DNA of 63,811 bases, filler included, from Conidiobolus incongruus B7586 (lineage: Eukaryota), in NCBI GenBank assembly GCA_000697335.1. It is 20 parts of 20 records of this genome, joined end to end, with 100 filler letters (N's around TTAATTAATTAA, not from the genome) between each part and the next. Parts side by side here need not be neighbours in the genome. Positions count along the whole stretch, not along the records: positions 26,871 to 29,424 come from JNEM01003622.1; positions 29,525 to 32,968 come from JNEM01003634.1; positions 33,069 to 35,109 come from JNEM01003639.1; positions 35,210 to 37,695 come from JNEM01003640.1; positions 37,796 to 41,971 come from JNEM01003641.1; 15 more parts are not named here. The stretch is one strand, 5' to 3'. How positions within the stretch are numbered: the first letter of the stretch is position 1; every line of letters starts with the position of its first letter. Positions 28,097 through 40,960 of this stretch are shown here, piece after piece. The translations under genes were made by a program, and so were the position numbers. A model generated the notes under the pieces. That model did no database searches, was not told the DNA's origin, and saw nothing but the letters and a program-made list of their open reading frames with translations.

Positions 28097-29424
28097 TTAA
28101 CGCTTTCTTTCAATGACTTTTTCACATAATTGGATTAAAGCTTCTCTTGATTCAGAGTATGGCAATTGAGAAATAGCTGAAGTGGCTAATTTACAGTAGC
28201 TAATAGCTAAATCTTTTGTTCTATGGAGCCCTTGGCTTTGGAATACCAAATCACGAACCTATTATACAATTAGTAACGGTCATTATCATAAATTATAGCG
28301 ATTACCCTTTGGACATCTCCAGGCTCAGAGAACTTTCGCTTGATCAAAGGCCCAAGCTCAGGAAATTCTTGCCAAGCAAACAAAACGGGCGCAGTGGTTA
28401 AACCCAGCTCAAGATCAGCTCCAACAGGCTTGCCAAATTCATCGGCACTCACAACAAAATCAAGCATATCATCAATCAACTAATCAAAGCAATTTAATAT
28501 TAAGGACAAAATAATACTATGTTTAAATACCTGAAAAGCCATTCCCAAGTTCTTTCCATATTCATATGCTATTTCGCTGATTTCATCGGTTGAATTACCC
28601 AATACAGCAGCCCCTCTACAGCTATTAGCAATCAAACTAGCAGTCTTTAAGTAGGTTTTTTCCAAATAATACTCGAAGACTTGGTCATTGGGCCCATTTG
28701 TATCACAGTGTTCGGTGGGCAAGGCGTCTTTAATTTGTAGCAATTCTCCTTCAACTAAATTGGCAATCACGGTTGACATTAATTCCACGACTTGGACATT
28801 TCTAAGTCTTGCTAAGCTCACAGAGGCCCTAGCAAGCAAAAAATCACCTCCTAAAATAGCCATTTTATTTCCAAACTGGGCGTTAACAGAAGGGGCGTTA
28901 CGACGCAAATCTGAATTATCTATTACATCGTCATGAAACAGAGAGGCGGTGTGAATGACTTCGGCAAGCTCAGCGAGTCTTCTTTGCGAGGGCAAAATAA
29001 TGCAGCCTTCGGGACATTTAGAAGGCAGTTGAGAGCTATTAGGTTTACCGTGAGTATTATAATCATCTTTCCATCTTGATCCGTTCAAAGTGAAATTTTG
29101 ATCAATAGGCTGATCAATATCAACCAAACTAGGATTATCAATTTTCTTGGGAGCAATGCTAGTAGCTTGAGAGAGTAGCAATACTATGATAGGACGAATA
29201 TGTTTACCTCCAACGTTAAAGTGATACTGTGAGATAGTGTTTAATACAGGATGACCCGAAGATAGAATTTCTTTGATATTATGATTTAATAAGGAGAGAT
29301 CATCTTGAACGATTTGCCTGAAATCAATTAAAGGCTTTGAGGTAGGGTTCACTAAGGATTCAGCCTTTTTCACTGCTTCAGACCAAGCTAATTTGGAAGA
29401 ATTACTATGAAAGTATCTGTTCTT
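28097..29424 (-). CDS. COQ1: Polyprenyl diphosphate synthase for ubiquinone (Coq1/Dps1), 3 exons, 5' truncated
   Basis: GGKHIRP, EVIHTASLFHDDVID, GNKMAILGGDFLLARAS, KTASLIA, AFQLIDDMLD and DLELGLTTAPVL; stop at 28099-28097. Confidence 0.93.
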
Positions 29425-30848
29425 NNNNNNNNNNNNNNNNNNNNNNNNNNNNNNNNNNNNNNNNNNNNTTAATTAATTAANNNNNNNNNNNNNNNNNNNN
29501 NNNNNNNNNNNNNNNNNNNNNNNNTCAAAATATTTTAGTTTTTTATAAATAATTTAATATATATTTATCTTATATAAATTATTTAGTGATAATATGAAAA
29601 TTATATATTTTCATATAAGTATATTAAATATAAAAAATAAAATAATATGATAATAATTAAAGTTGCAATTCTGATAAAATAATCTCTAAGAAATTTACTC
29701 TTTGGTTATTTGAATTTTATAAATATTGATCATTTTAATAATTTTTATTATTTTTTATCATATTTTTATATAGAACTATAAAAAAATCATTAACTTGAAT
29801 TAAATTATTATAACTTAAACCTGTTTTATTAAACATAATAATTTTCAAAAATTTATTAATGTTGAGATTGATAATAACTACATTGAATCAAGCAATTGAA
29901 CATATTTTATCATCCAGTATTGATATTAATTTCCGATCAACATTTCCTTTTGTATCATATTAAATTTATTACAATTTATTTTTCTTGATTTTTTACTATT
30001 GTTTAGAGTATTAATAAAATAATAATAGTTGAAAGGGGTTGCTAATTGATATATATTCTTGTTATTTAGATAATTCAAAGTGAAGCAGTATCTAATAGTA
30101 AAGGGTCATTATAATATTATTAAAAAATCCAATACTTTCATTGTTGGCTTACATATCGTTATTTTCCATTCAATATTAAATTAATTATAAAATAAATATA
30201 AGAAAATTATCAATTTCAAATCAACATATTAACAAAAATATATTAATAAATATATAGTTTAATAAAATACTTTCAAATATATTACATTGAGCAATTTTAT
30301 CAAGTATGAGAAATGAAAAGTTATCAACACTCTATATATACCGTTAATTTTATAATAATCCAGCTGCATATTTTCATCAATGTTACAAATTATTTAGTGA
30401 AAATTAAAGGTTGATTCATTTGAGTCTGTCATATGATTAAAGAAATCATTCTTATAATAATCGAGAGCTAATTAAATTTATCTTTGACAAATTATTATTT
30501 CTTGATAGTAATAGTCATTAAAACATAGCTTAATTATGTCTTCATATATTTGCTCGTTTTATATGAGGGACAATAATAACCTTATGGTGATTTCGGTCGA
30601 ATATTGATAATATTTTAAAGCATTTGAACCTGATATATTGTATAGTGATATCATCATGTTAATTAGTATATATATATATATATATATATTAATATATTTA
30701 AAAATTGAGAGTAAAATTAAAATATTCTTATATAATGAATATTTGGAGAATTCGAAATAATAAGAATACATTTTAATAATTAAAATTTAGAATAATATTT
30801 ATACCAATATTTATTTATTGGAAATTTCATTATTTTAATGTTGAATAT

Positions 30849-31177
30849 TGTAAAAAGATCGGCAATGATGCTCATTGCCAGTTCAAAGATTTCATCCCGA
30901 TGGCCAGAGATATAGGTGACTATGTGTTCTACAACCTTGGGGCCTACGAGGATCATTTGGGTCATTATGGCTGGGTGGTTGGGTTCATTATGTGCGACTA
31001 ATTTAAATCAGACAAATTAGCGCGAGTGGGAGTCATGGTATAAAGTTATGCAACGATGAATAGTATAAGGAAAAGATTGTAATAAAACTGTATTTTATTA
31101 AGAAGTATACTGGATAGAACAAACTGTAATGAGGTAAAAGGATGAATTTAATAACATGCTGGAATGGAAGTGTTACA
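30849..31177 (+). mobile_element. Possible solo LTR (329 bp)
   Basis: GC-richer island bounded by TGTAA...TTACA, with an internal TATAAA (31038) and AATAAA (31081). No target-site duplication visible. Confidence 0.35.
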
Positions 31178-32504
31178 CCTGGAAATATTGGAGATAGAAA
31201 GTGAAAATAATTGGCAGAATTGTAGTTTTGAATAGAAAGAACTAAAAGTTGAGCTTCTATGATAGAAGCTACCAGTGAATTTAAAGTGTATTTAGTTTTT
31301 GAAGGAGTGGCTGCATAATAGTGTATCCTTGTGGTGGTTCTCAGAACTGGTTCCTTGTTCCAGTTTATTCGAAGGAACAGGATGCCACAAATATTAAATA
31401 TAACCTAAACGAAGTAATGCGTGTAAATAATAACAATATTTTATTAAAGTTATATCAAATATTTGTTAGTATATTTGAATCATATTATTAAACTTAAATT
31501 ATTCAACTCATTGTTTAAAAGTTTGGAAATATTCTTATAATAGAATTCCAAGTAAATAATAATCAGTGATTAGAAAATAGTTTACATACTGTTTATCGGA
31601 ATAGTTCTCAATTATCGAATAATAATTATGCAACCTGCAGAATTCAATACAATAAAATAAACAGAGGAATTTAATCAAACTTGATCAGTATCTAGGTTAC
31701 AAAAAAAACGGAATAATTATGAACATGTGGAACTTGGATTAACATTTTTTATTGTGATTAGCTAAGCGTAGATGAATTATCAGTAAAATGGGGTGATTGC
31801 AAGAATGCGGTCATTCGAAGATTAGGGGTCAATGCTGTTAAAAGTTTGGCCAGATAAAACTTTAATTATATATATATGAATAATTCTATATCCATTGGTA
31901 TTAATATCCAGTTATATTATTACAAAACATCATGATCTAAAATTAGCTTCTTTTGAAATTTAATTTAATATATAACGTATATTTTACAATAATTCTTATA
32001 GAGTTACAACATATAAATTATAAAAGGTATTTAGTTAATAAATATTATTAAAAACAATATAGGCCTATTAAATTATAATTATTGAATAAATAAAGTTTAA
32101 GATTAAAGTGTAAATAATCACAATATTCTAAAATATTAATATATTCAGAACCAATAATATTATGATTCTAGTGATGAGTTTGAATTAAGTTTAAAATTAT
32201 TAGTGCTAAACTATTATTTAAAAAATTGATTAAATTAGATAACTGGTTGATTAATAATCAACCATTTGAAGCTTCAAGTCTTGCTTAAATGATATAATAT
32301 AAAAATACCAAGAAATATAATATTAAGTTATATTAAAATACACATATACTATTTATTTATTATATAAATTATCTTCTGATAATATTATTGATGTAATATT
32401 TTATATTCTATAAATGGAATGAAAATTTACCTAATCAGAGGAACAGGACTTGAGCTTGTTTCATGATGATCCAGCCAGCTAATTTAGGTAACTTGAGAAT
32501 ATCA

Positions 32505-32806
32505 CCAATTAGAATCACCCAATGAATGACCTTCTTCCCACCAATGAACTCGAAACACCTCAGACTGCCCAAGGTCAATTCCCCCTGATCCACCCGGATT
32601 GGTGAGAAGTTTCATTTGGCCAATGCGAGATAACATACATTGGCATGTGATTTCACGATAATTGCCAGAGATTGGCCAATTTGTCAGCATTGCCAATGGG
32701 GGAGATTGGGGGTAATGTATTGGTAAATACTAGTCGATCTCCAATAAATAGTGGTCCAGGACGCCTGTAGTAAATATTTTTTCACCTTGCGAGGATTTCT
32801 GCCAAT
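32505..32806. promoter_or_regulatory. Dense CCAAT-box array upstream of ATG 32820
   Basis: 13 CCAAT/ATTGG pentamers, at about 32505, 32519, 32541, 32598, 32620, 32639, 32671, 32676, 32693, 32705, 32719, 32741 and 32802. Confidence 0.55.
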
Positions 32807-32819
32807 TTTATTTTATTTC

Positions 32820-32968
32820 ATGTCTAACCAGAAGAGAAAGCACGGAAAGTCTGTCGATTCTGCAGACTTATACAGAGCTGTAAGTTTACTCTACTTCGCA
32901 TTTAATATGTATCTTATATTCTTTTTTAGCTTCATGAACAATTTGCCAATTTGGCGGACTCCTATGCC
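32820..32968 (+). CDS. 5' end of an unidentified gene (MSNQKRKHGKSVDSADLYRA/LHEQFANLADSYA...), truncated by a gap
   Basis: ATG 32820, a GTAAGT...TTTAG intron at 32880-32929 with in-frame continuation, and an NLS-like KRKH. Confidence 0.55.
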
Positions 32969-33068
32969 NNNNNNNNNNNNNNNNNNNNNNNNNNNNNNNN
33001 NNNNNNNNNNNNTTAATTAATTAANNNNNNNNNNNNNNNNNNNNNNNNNNNNNNNNNNNNNNNNNNNN

Positions 33069-34210
33069 GTGTTAATTAATTCCAACATGTGAGTTCTAAT
33101 ATAATCAATATTTAATATTAATCTTGAATATATATTGTTTACAATATTACCTAATTAACAAGTTTCTTAATTTGCGGAAATCACAGTGTGCGTCATTTTC
33201 AACTAATATCATAATGAATAAATGCTATAAGATAAATTCTGTAAAATATTAAATGTACCTTGAACAACACCCCAAGGGTACTGACGTCCTCTGACTAGAG
33301 TACCATCTTCTAACTTGACATTTTCTTCACTTCCGATAACGGCAAATGGCATAGCGTCCTATTATAAATTAATAACTTATCTTAGTTAAAGTATAATAAT
33401 AATTAAATGTTACCAAAATTTCAGATCCGATTTTAGAGTCAATAGGGTCGGAGTGGTCAACATTAGGGATAAATACTTGAATCTGATTGGCAGCAATAGT
33501 CTGTTTTATTCTATCCTTATACTCTTGTAAATCTCTTGGGGAGAAGGTGTCGGCTTTGGCAATAATAGGGATCAAATTACATCTCGATCCGATTTGCTTC
33601 ATAGATTGGATATCCAACAAGCTTAAACCGTGACTAGTGGGGCTAATAAAATACAAACAAACATTTACTCTAACATCATTTAATAATGTGCGATCGGGTT
33701 GTTGTTCTTGGTAAAAGTAGCTCTGATATTGAGTATCGATAAAATCGATAATAGGTACCCAAGTTTCGTTATTGTTAATATAATCTCCAAACCCAGGAGT
33801 ATCAACAAGAGTGAGTTTTACTTTAAATAAATTTTCTTCAATAACTAAAGACATTTAATTGAAATAAAAAGTGTTAATTAATATTTAAATTAGATTAGAT
33901 TGTGATCCATTTAAATAATTACCAGCTTTAGTCAAAGTGATGTGAGTTGTTTTATCGGTAGTACGGTGACGTTTAGAATAATCTTCACCTTTGGAAATGG
34001 AGGTAGCTAACAAAGTATTGATAAAAGTGGTTTTTCCCGTTCCAGATTGACCTAAATGAAATTAATTTTAAGAGTTTTTGATATATATATTCAAATAAAA
34101 AATTTACCAACTACTAAAATAGTGTAGTTGATACCCTTTTTAATAGCGATTTTATGTCTCTGGTTAGGTAAATTAGCAATACCACACAAGGGAGAGGATG
34201 TAGCGATCAT
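33069..34210 (-). CDS. CDC12: Septin, Cdc12 group, multi-exon, 3' truncated
   Basis: [13 protein letters not shown]-terminus, P-loop [35 protein letters not shown] and HCDF. Confidence 0.88.
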
Positions 34211-34654
34211 CGTACTAAAATTACAAGTTAATTATATTATTATATTGATATTATTTAAATTTACCTCAGTTGGATTTCAAAATGGAGAGTGATGAATAAA
34301 TGACAAAACTGGTCATATTAAAATCTAGTCACTCATCCTTCAAATGTTTAATGATAAAAATTTGGACCAATCATAATAATTATTGAATTATTTCCTGAAT
34401 TTCATTTATTGAATTATTTTTAATTATTTTATTGACAATCAATTTGAGAATTAATGTAGTAAATTTAATATTTGAAAATATAAAACTATTAAGACTTGTT
34501 AATATTAGTTTTCTAAAATTTTCAAATTACAATGTATCGTTAATGAAAATTCAATAATTACCAAATAATTATGTTAGAATATGTTCAATATATATAACAG
34601 CATTCAATCTTGATTATAATAGGTTAAATTAAATTATATTTAATAAAGTTTAAA

Positions 34655-35109
34655 TAAACTATTATATTTTAAGTATTGAGACTCTTTTGAATTCAAATTT
34701 AAATAGAATTTTCAATATATAATATACAAAAATAAGTATTTAAAATAAAATTAATACTTCCTTTTATTGCTAATGACTTTTTTCTATATTTTTGGCAAAC
34801 TCCTAAAACCTAAAAAACAGTTCTTTTGATTGAACACTGAAATTTGATATTTTACAGATAATAAAATATTTTAATTTTTTTTAAATTATATTTTTTAAAT
34901 ATTGTAAATAATTATAATCACAAAGTTTATAATATAGTGCATATATTAGATATTGGTAGTTTTTCCTGATTATTTTTAATTAAAAAAAATTTAATTTTAA
35001 ATTTATATATTTCTAAATAATAATATAAAATAATAGGTATTTTTGAGTTTTATTTATAATATTAAATATAAATAATTTTATTTAAAAAGAAACATAGTTA
35101 TATAATTAA
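34655..35109 (-). mobile_element. Mariner relic, 3' part (boundaries approximate)
   Basis: Aligns by eye to 58860-59150 (TTAATACTTCCTTTTATTGCTAATGACTTTTT...GGCAAACTCCTAAAACC; GGTAGTTTTTCC), covering the GVRSLP..WQKVI...G.Y* and KLPHP regions. Confidence 0.65.
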
Positions 35110-35229
35110 NNNNNNNNNNNNNNNNNNNNNNNNNNNNNNNNNNNNNNNNNNNNTTAATTAATTAANNNNNNNNNNNNNNNNNNNNNNNNNNNNNNNNNNN
35201 NNNNNNNNNAGGTATGGAGATATTCTAAT

Positions 35230-35481
35230 TTAGTATTGCTTGTATCCCTGTTGTTGTCCGTGATCACAAGGTTGATTTAAAGAATGGCCGTGGATTTGGT
35301 TACCAAATGAGTTGGATCCAGATTGATTAGGTGCGATAGGAGAAGAAGGTTTGGTTCCATCTGCAAAGGTAATAATATTTCCTTGAGCATCCAAATGATT
35401 GCCTTGAGCATCGTGAGGACCTTGATGAGGAATAGCAGCAACGAGACTGGTTAAAGCGATTAAGGCAGTGAAGTATTTCAT
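35230..35481 (-). CDS. Small secreted protein A (83 aa)
   Basis: Signal peptide MKYFTALIALTSLVAA; paralog of 37229-37612; upstream TATA-like element near 35553-35560. Confidence 0.8.
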   Translation of the reverse strand: MKYFTALIALTSLVAAIPHQGPHDAQGNHLDAQGNIITFADGTKPSSPIAPNQSGSNSFGNQIHGHSLNQPCDHGQQQGYKQY

Positions 35482-36451
35482 TTTTAGATGTTCTGATAGT
35501 ATAATTGAATGATGGGTTGATTTTCTGATGATTCAACAAAAAAATTCAACCTTATATATACTAATTTCATGTAAATCATCTGCACCAGAAACAATTGATG
35601 ACAATAGCACTAAGAGCTCATTTATGCAATATTACTTAAAAACAATAAATTTTACACGCCCTTCGGCTGAATACTATTTTTCCACGATCACTAACGATAT
35701 AATTTATTTTGAATGAATAATTGGCGTATTATTCTCTGTACAATATCAATTCCAATGTTTGATGAATGAATTGTCATTTGAATTATTTTTAGATTTAATA
35801 ATTTTAGTATTTGTATGATTATTACATTAATAATTATATAGTTAAACTTTATCTCCTCAATGCGACACTTCTTGGCAAATAATTCATTAAATCACTCAGG
35901 TAATCTAGCAATTATTGAATTAATCAGATTATTTTAAATTTGGGTTAAATTTGGCATAAATAACTCATGTATAATTGTTTAAAATGTGATATATCTATAT
36001 TGTAGTGTAGTCTGAATACTAATAAATTAATTTCTTTTATAATGCCATATTAAATATAAAATAACTTAAAAATAGATATCGAACAAAATGATTAATATAG
36101 ATCTACAAAATTTGTGTATCAATTTTATTATAATATATTTTCTATAAATTCAAATATTTTAATATTTCAACACGTGTGAAAAAATTACCTCAATTGTTAA
36201 GTAATTAAATTGAGTTATTTATGCTATGAACATAATTATTTATCTCTCCTTATAAAAATAATAACAATTTATTTAATAATTATGAAATTTTAACTTTGAA
36301 ATATTTTTTTATTAATATAAATATTGTTAATACTAAATTTATCTATTATATAAGCTTAGGCTCATTAAGGTCATTAAATAATAATAAATTATATATTTTT
36401 ATCTCAAAAATTTACTATCAAAATACCAATTCTAAATTTTTTGATAAAGAG

Positions 36452-36452
<1 letters not shown>

Positions 36453-36499
<47 letters not shown>
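36453..36499. repeat. (ATT)n microsatellite
   Basis: About 15 perfect trinucleotide units. Confidence 0.9.
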
Positions 36500-37228
36500 T
36501 AAATTGTTTAATTTAAAAATAATATAAAATAATGTATAATATATGGAATATAAATTTTTTTAAAATGAAATATTTATATAAATTATTTTGTATTTATTTC
36601 ATATATCGCATTCATTATACAAACTATCTGAATATAATTAGTATATTAGGTATAATTAAAATATTCCTGCAATTCTGGATAGACCTTTTTTTTCGAAATA
36701 GTTTTATATATTATGTGTGATTTATCAATATATAATATTTTGGCTGATTGTACTTTATTAAAAATAAAACTAAAAAAGAAGTATATAAGTGATAATAATT
36801 AAATAATTTTAAATTTATTGAACTCAAGGAAACTTTGATCTCGTTGAAAAATGTACTGGAAAGTTTAACTATAAACTTTATATTGATTAGAGCATAATAA
36901 TATATGGTACTTTTTTTAATATGATAGATATTTATATTATCATTATTATAATATCAAAAATTATTAATAGTTTTTTAATAGATAAATATTTAAAATTTGA
37001 ATTAAATTCAATATATGATAATTTTTTTTATTCTTAATTATATAAATACTAAATAATAATATTTAGTTATTTTAGATTATTTTTCGTGTTATATTAATTT
37101 ATAAATATAATGTTAATTAATATATGAATTTAATCACTTATTTTGAAAAATTATTATTTTCGGATAATTCATGAATATTATTTTATTAATGCTTAAATAT
37201 TATTAAGTTTTAGAATGTTAAAAATTTT

Positions 37229-37612
37229 TTAATATTTTTTATATCCTTGTTGTTGAGCGTGATCACAAGGTTGATTTGTAGGTCTGTAAGGCTTTTGTTG
37301 ATTATTAGCATATTTCATCAATTGTTGGAAGAATCCATTGGATAAGAAATTATTATTGTTATTGTTATTGTTATTATTATTGCTTTGAGAAGGAATTGGA
37401 GTAGGGTAGGCTTTGCTATTTTGGTTTTGATTCTGATTTCCAGATGAGTTGTTACCAGGTTGTTTAGGTGGAATAGGGTAAGCAGGCTTAGTTCCATTAG
37501 CAAATCCAATAATGTTTCCTTGATTATCCAAAGCATTACCCTCAGCATCATGGGGACCATCGTGAGCGGCAACAAGGCTAGCCAAAGCGAATAAGACAGC
37601 GAAGTATTTCAT
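37229..37612 (-). CDS. Small secreted protein B (127 aa), N/Q-rich
   Basis: Signal peptide MKYFAVLFALASLVAA; shares GPHDA.GN.LD.QGNII.FA.GTKP and NQPCDH.QQQGYK.Y with protein A. Confidence 0.8.
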   Translation of the reverse strand: MKYFAVLFALASLVAAHDGPHDAEGNALDNQGNIIGFANGTKPAYPIPPKQPGNNSSGNQNQNQNSKAYPTPIPSQSNNNNNNNNNNNFLSNGFFQQLMKYANNQQKPYRPTNQPCDHAQQQGYKKY

Positions 37613-39098
37613 TTTGTTGATGTACAGATGATAGATTTAAATTATAAAATGATATTCTGATTACTAAATTGAAAAGCTTTAACGATTATATATACNNNNN
37701 NNNNNNNNNNNNNNNNNNNNNNNNNNNNNNNNNNNNNNNTTAATTAATTAANNNNNNNNNNNNNNNNNNNNNNNNNNNNNNNNNNNNNNNNNNNNGTTAA
37801 CTATTAGAAATATAATATTTTATTTAATTATTATATAATTAAATAATATTATTTGTTTTATCTTAAGTTATATATAACTATGTAAATTTGTACTATATAA
37901 TCAAATTCTCTAGTAATTTTAAGATAAATCACCTAATTTTTGGTTAAATATAATTTATCCAAATATGACAATCATTTGATATAGTAATTTATTGAATCCT
38001 TTAATAATTTAATTTTTAAATTTATCCAAATCAAAAATTAAAAATTTAATGCCATAGTTAGAATTATTTATTTTTTTACTATTTAAAATTTAAATTATTC
38101 TGAAATTTATTAAGAATTGAATAAAATGAACAAAAACAAATTAATAGTAGTTTTGAAGATTGAAACTTTGAACATTAATATTAAAGAGTATGATTATTAT
38201 AAACAAATAAAATTTAAAAATATATTAAGTTATTCAAAGGATAGTTGAAGTAAATGCATGTTAATTGATAAAAATATTTCATTTCAACTATTAATAAAAA
38301 TTCATTGATTTTACATTTTAACCCAAATTCAGAAAAAAATAAATTCTAAAATATGTTAAATTTATATATATATGAACAATTTAATTTGTATTTAACTTTA
38401 TGAATATTAAAAATAATGATTTGAACGATAATATATTGAATTTTTATATTAATGTATTAAAAATTTACTGGATCGATTAAATGACAGTGACTTTTTATTT
38501 GAAAAATATTTAAATATTTATATTACAAAATTTAAATTGTAATCACAATTTGATGTCTTTTTATACTATTAAAGTAATAGAAAAAAGGTTCCACTCTGAG
38601 TGTAAATCAATACACTTCAAATTACATTTCAGGAGGCAAATTAGTAACACAAATATTAATGTATATGAAGGTTTGAAGGAGTAGAGCTTAGTCGTGTGAA
38701 ACTCCTTCACTAACTTAAAATTTATACCAAGAATTCAACCTTGAAAGTTTCATCAAGTACTAGTTAGCACCCTTTATGTAATATGATTTATTATTTTCTG
38801 ATTATTATCACACTTGAAGTGGAGTGGATTCAAACTCTAAATGGAACAATTTAACTTTGGAAAATCCCAACTTATTTTGGTATTTTTAGAAAATTGATTT
38901 AGCTATATAAATGTACAATAGTCATCGATTTGAATCAAAATCAAATAAAAAATCATCCATTAATTATATACTATACTTAACGCCACTTAAATTATTATCA
39001 TTTATTTCAACAAGTACGTCTTGTATGAAATATAGTAATCAAATCTAATACTCTAGACATAGAATATATATTTAAAATTTGCGTATACAGTATTTTTA

Positions 39099-40703
39099 AT
39101 GCTTCAATCTGAGAATCCCCTCCTTTCAACCACTTTCAATGAGGTAAATTTTTATCCAACCCATATCATTCCTTATCTTATCCTGGAATTTTAGACTATT
39201 GGCTCATTCAAATTAGATAATAAAGATGATTCCTCCGATAATAAAAAGCTCTCTTTGCCTACTTCTCAACCACTCAATACCACCTTAACCTCCCCTTTCT
39301 CAGGCACTAAACCTTTAGATTCTCCATGGCGCCCAGCCAATGGTCAACTCGGAAAAGATCCCCTCTCAGCTCTTTCTCCAAGAGCCGAACTTTTTTCTCA
39401 TGATTTCAGTGCTCCTTTGAGCCCTTTGATGCTTCCTAAACCTAATCGAGCTCAAAGTGGTCCTCTTCGTCCAACTTTAGCTGGGTTAGCTCGTCGCCCT
39501 GAAGAAGGATTATTTGGTACTTCTCCTGGCATGTATCACTCTACCTCTCCTCACGTAGGTTCTTTCGGTTCACCCACTCTTTTGCCCTCTTCTGTTGGTT
39601 GGAATTCTACCCAACGTGATTTATTAGGTCGCTCTTATGAAAAAGGATTGGATTCTGATCTGTTTGAATCTGGATCTTCTTTGTTCAAAAATAGAAGTAC
39701 CTATGGTTCTTTAAATGAATCCCGCCGCTTCTCATTTTCTCCCTCAGAATCAAAATCAAACTTTTCGCACACTCGCACCGCTTCGCACCAACCTCCTTCT
39801 CTCAATTCTCGCCGTAGCTTGTTTAGCCTGGACGAGGATCAACCTTCTCCATTACTTCAACCTGCTCATACCTCTCACGATGTTCCCTCATTCCTTCGCC
39901 GCTCTTCTGTCGCTGCAACAGGTTCTTCATACTCTAGATACAGCGAATATTTAGCTGCACAAATGGAGGAACTATCGTTAGATAACTATGATTCTTTATT
40001 CCAACGCCGTCATTCTGTCGCTGCATCTGGTTTTGCTCCACGCAAACCCACCGATAGTCCATTTTTGAACCCTGCTGATTCCAAATTTTTGGATGAAGGC
40101 TCTGATGGACATTACGAGCAATTTCAGATGGACTTGGGATCACTTACTGAAGAAGATTCCCCTCCAGTTAAACTCAGCCAAGGTGCTTCTCATGACCCTC
40201 CACTCTGCTACTATGTATGCGAATTCAAGAGTGGACGCACAGATGTATTTTACACTACCAAAGCCTATCCCGGTCCTGTTGCTATGGGAGATCTGGTAAT
40301 TGTAGAGGCTGATAGAGGTGAGGATTTGGGTAAAGTTACTAGAATCAATGTTCCCATTGAAGAATTCCAAAGTTCTCAAAACCCTCCTCCCTCTAACTCG
40401 GATGGTGTTAGAACCAACAAACCCATTGAGCCCAAGCTCATGATCCGTCCTGCTTTACCTCATGAGGTTCATATGCTCGTTTCTAAATACCAAGAGGAAG
40501 CCAAAGCTCTTGCACTCTGCCAAGCTAGAATCCGTCAAAGAAATCTCAACATGGAAGTGGTCGATGCTGAATATCAATGGGATCGCCGCAAGCTTACTTT
40601 TTATTTTATTGCCGACAAGCGTATTGATTTTCGCGACCTTGTCAAAGAGTTATTTAAAATTTACAAAACTAGAATTTGGATGTGCTCTGTTGGCCACCAA
40701 TAG
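39099..40703 (+). CDS. PSP1 C-terminal domain protein, 2 exons (39099-39143, 39195-40703)
   Basis: EFKSGRTDVFY, GDLVIVEADRGEDLGKV and MEVVDAEYQWDRRKLTFYF...RIDFRDLVKELFKIYKTRIWM. Ser-rich N-terminal half with several RRxS sites. The intron supplies a true ATG. Confidence 0.9.
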
Positions 40704-40922
40704 TTTATAGAATCATTGTGTTTATATCAAGTCAACTATTAATTTATGTTAATGTATCCTAACAGGCTTAGCTCGCTAAATTAATAATCATATACATTAG
40801 AACTTACTGATTAAATCCCATCTTCTCTTCACCATTGATACCAGATCTGATTTCACCCATTCTTGTACTACCCAGCCACATTAATGCCTTTCACTTCTAT
40901 CTCTTCATACTATGATTTGGTC

Positions 40923-40960
<38 letters not shown>

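Noticed and set aside
32463..32588. C-box (ATGATGA) and D-box (CTGA) suggesting a C/D snoRNA; a similar pair at about 4205-4265
   Set aside because: No terminal stem and no recognisable rRNA-complementary guide.
38674..38709. 9-bp hairpin TGAAGGAGT...ACTCCTTCA upstream of PSP1
   Set aside because: A single short stem with no ncRNA boxes or second copy; compatible with chance.
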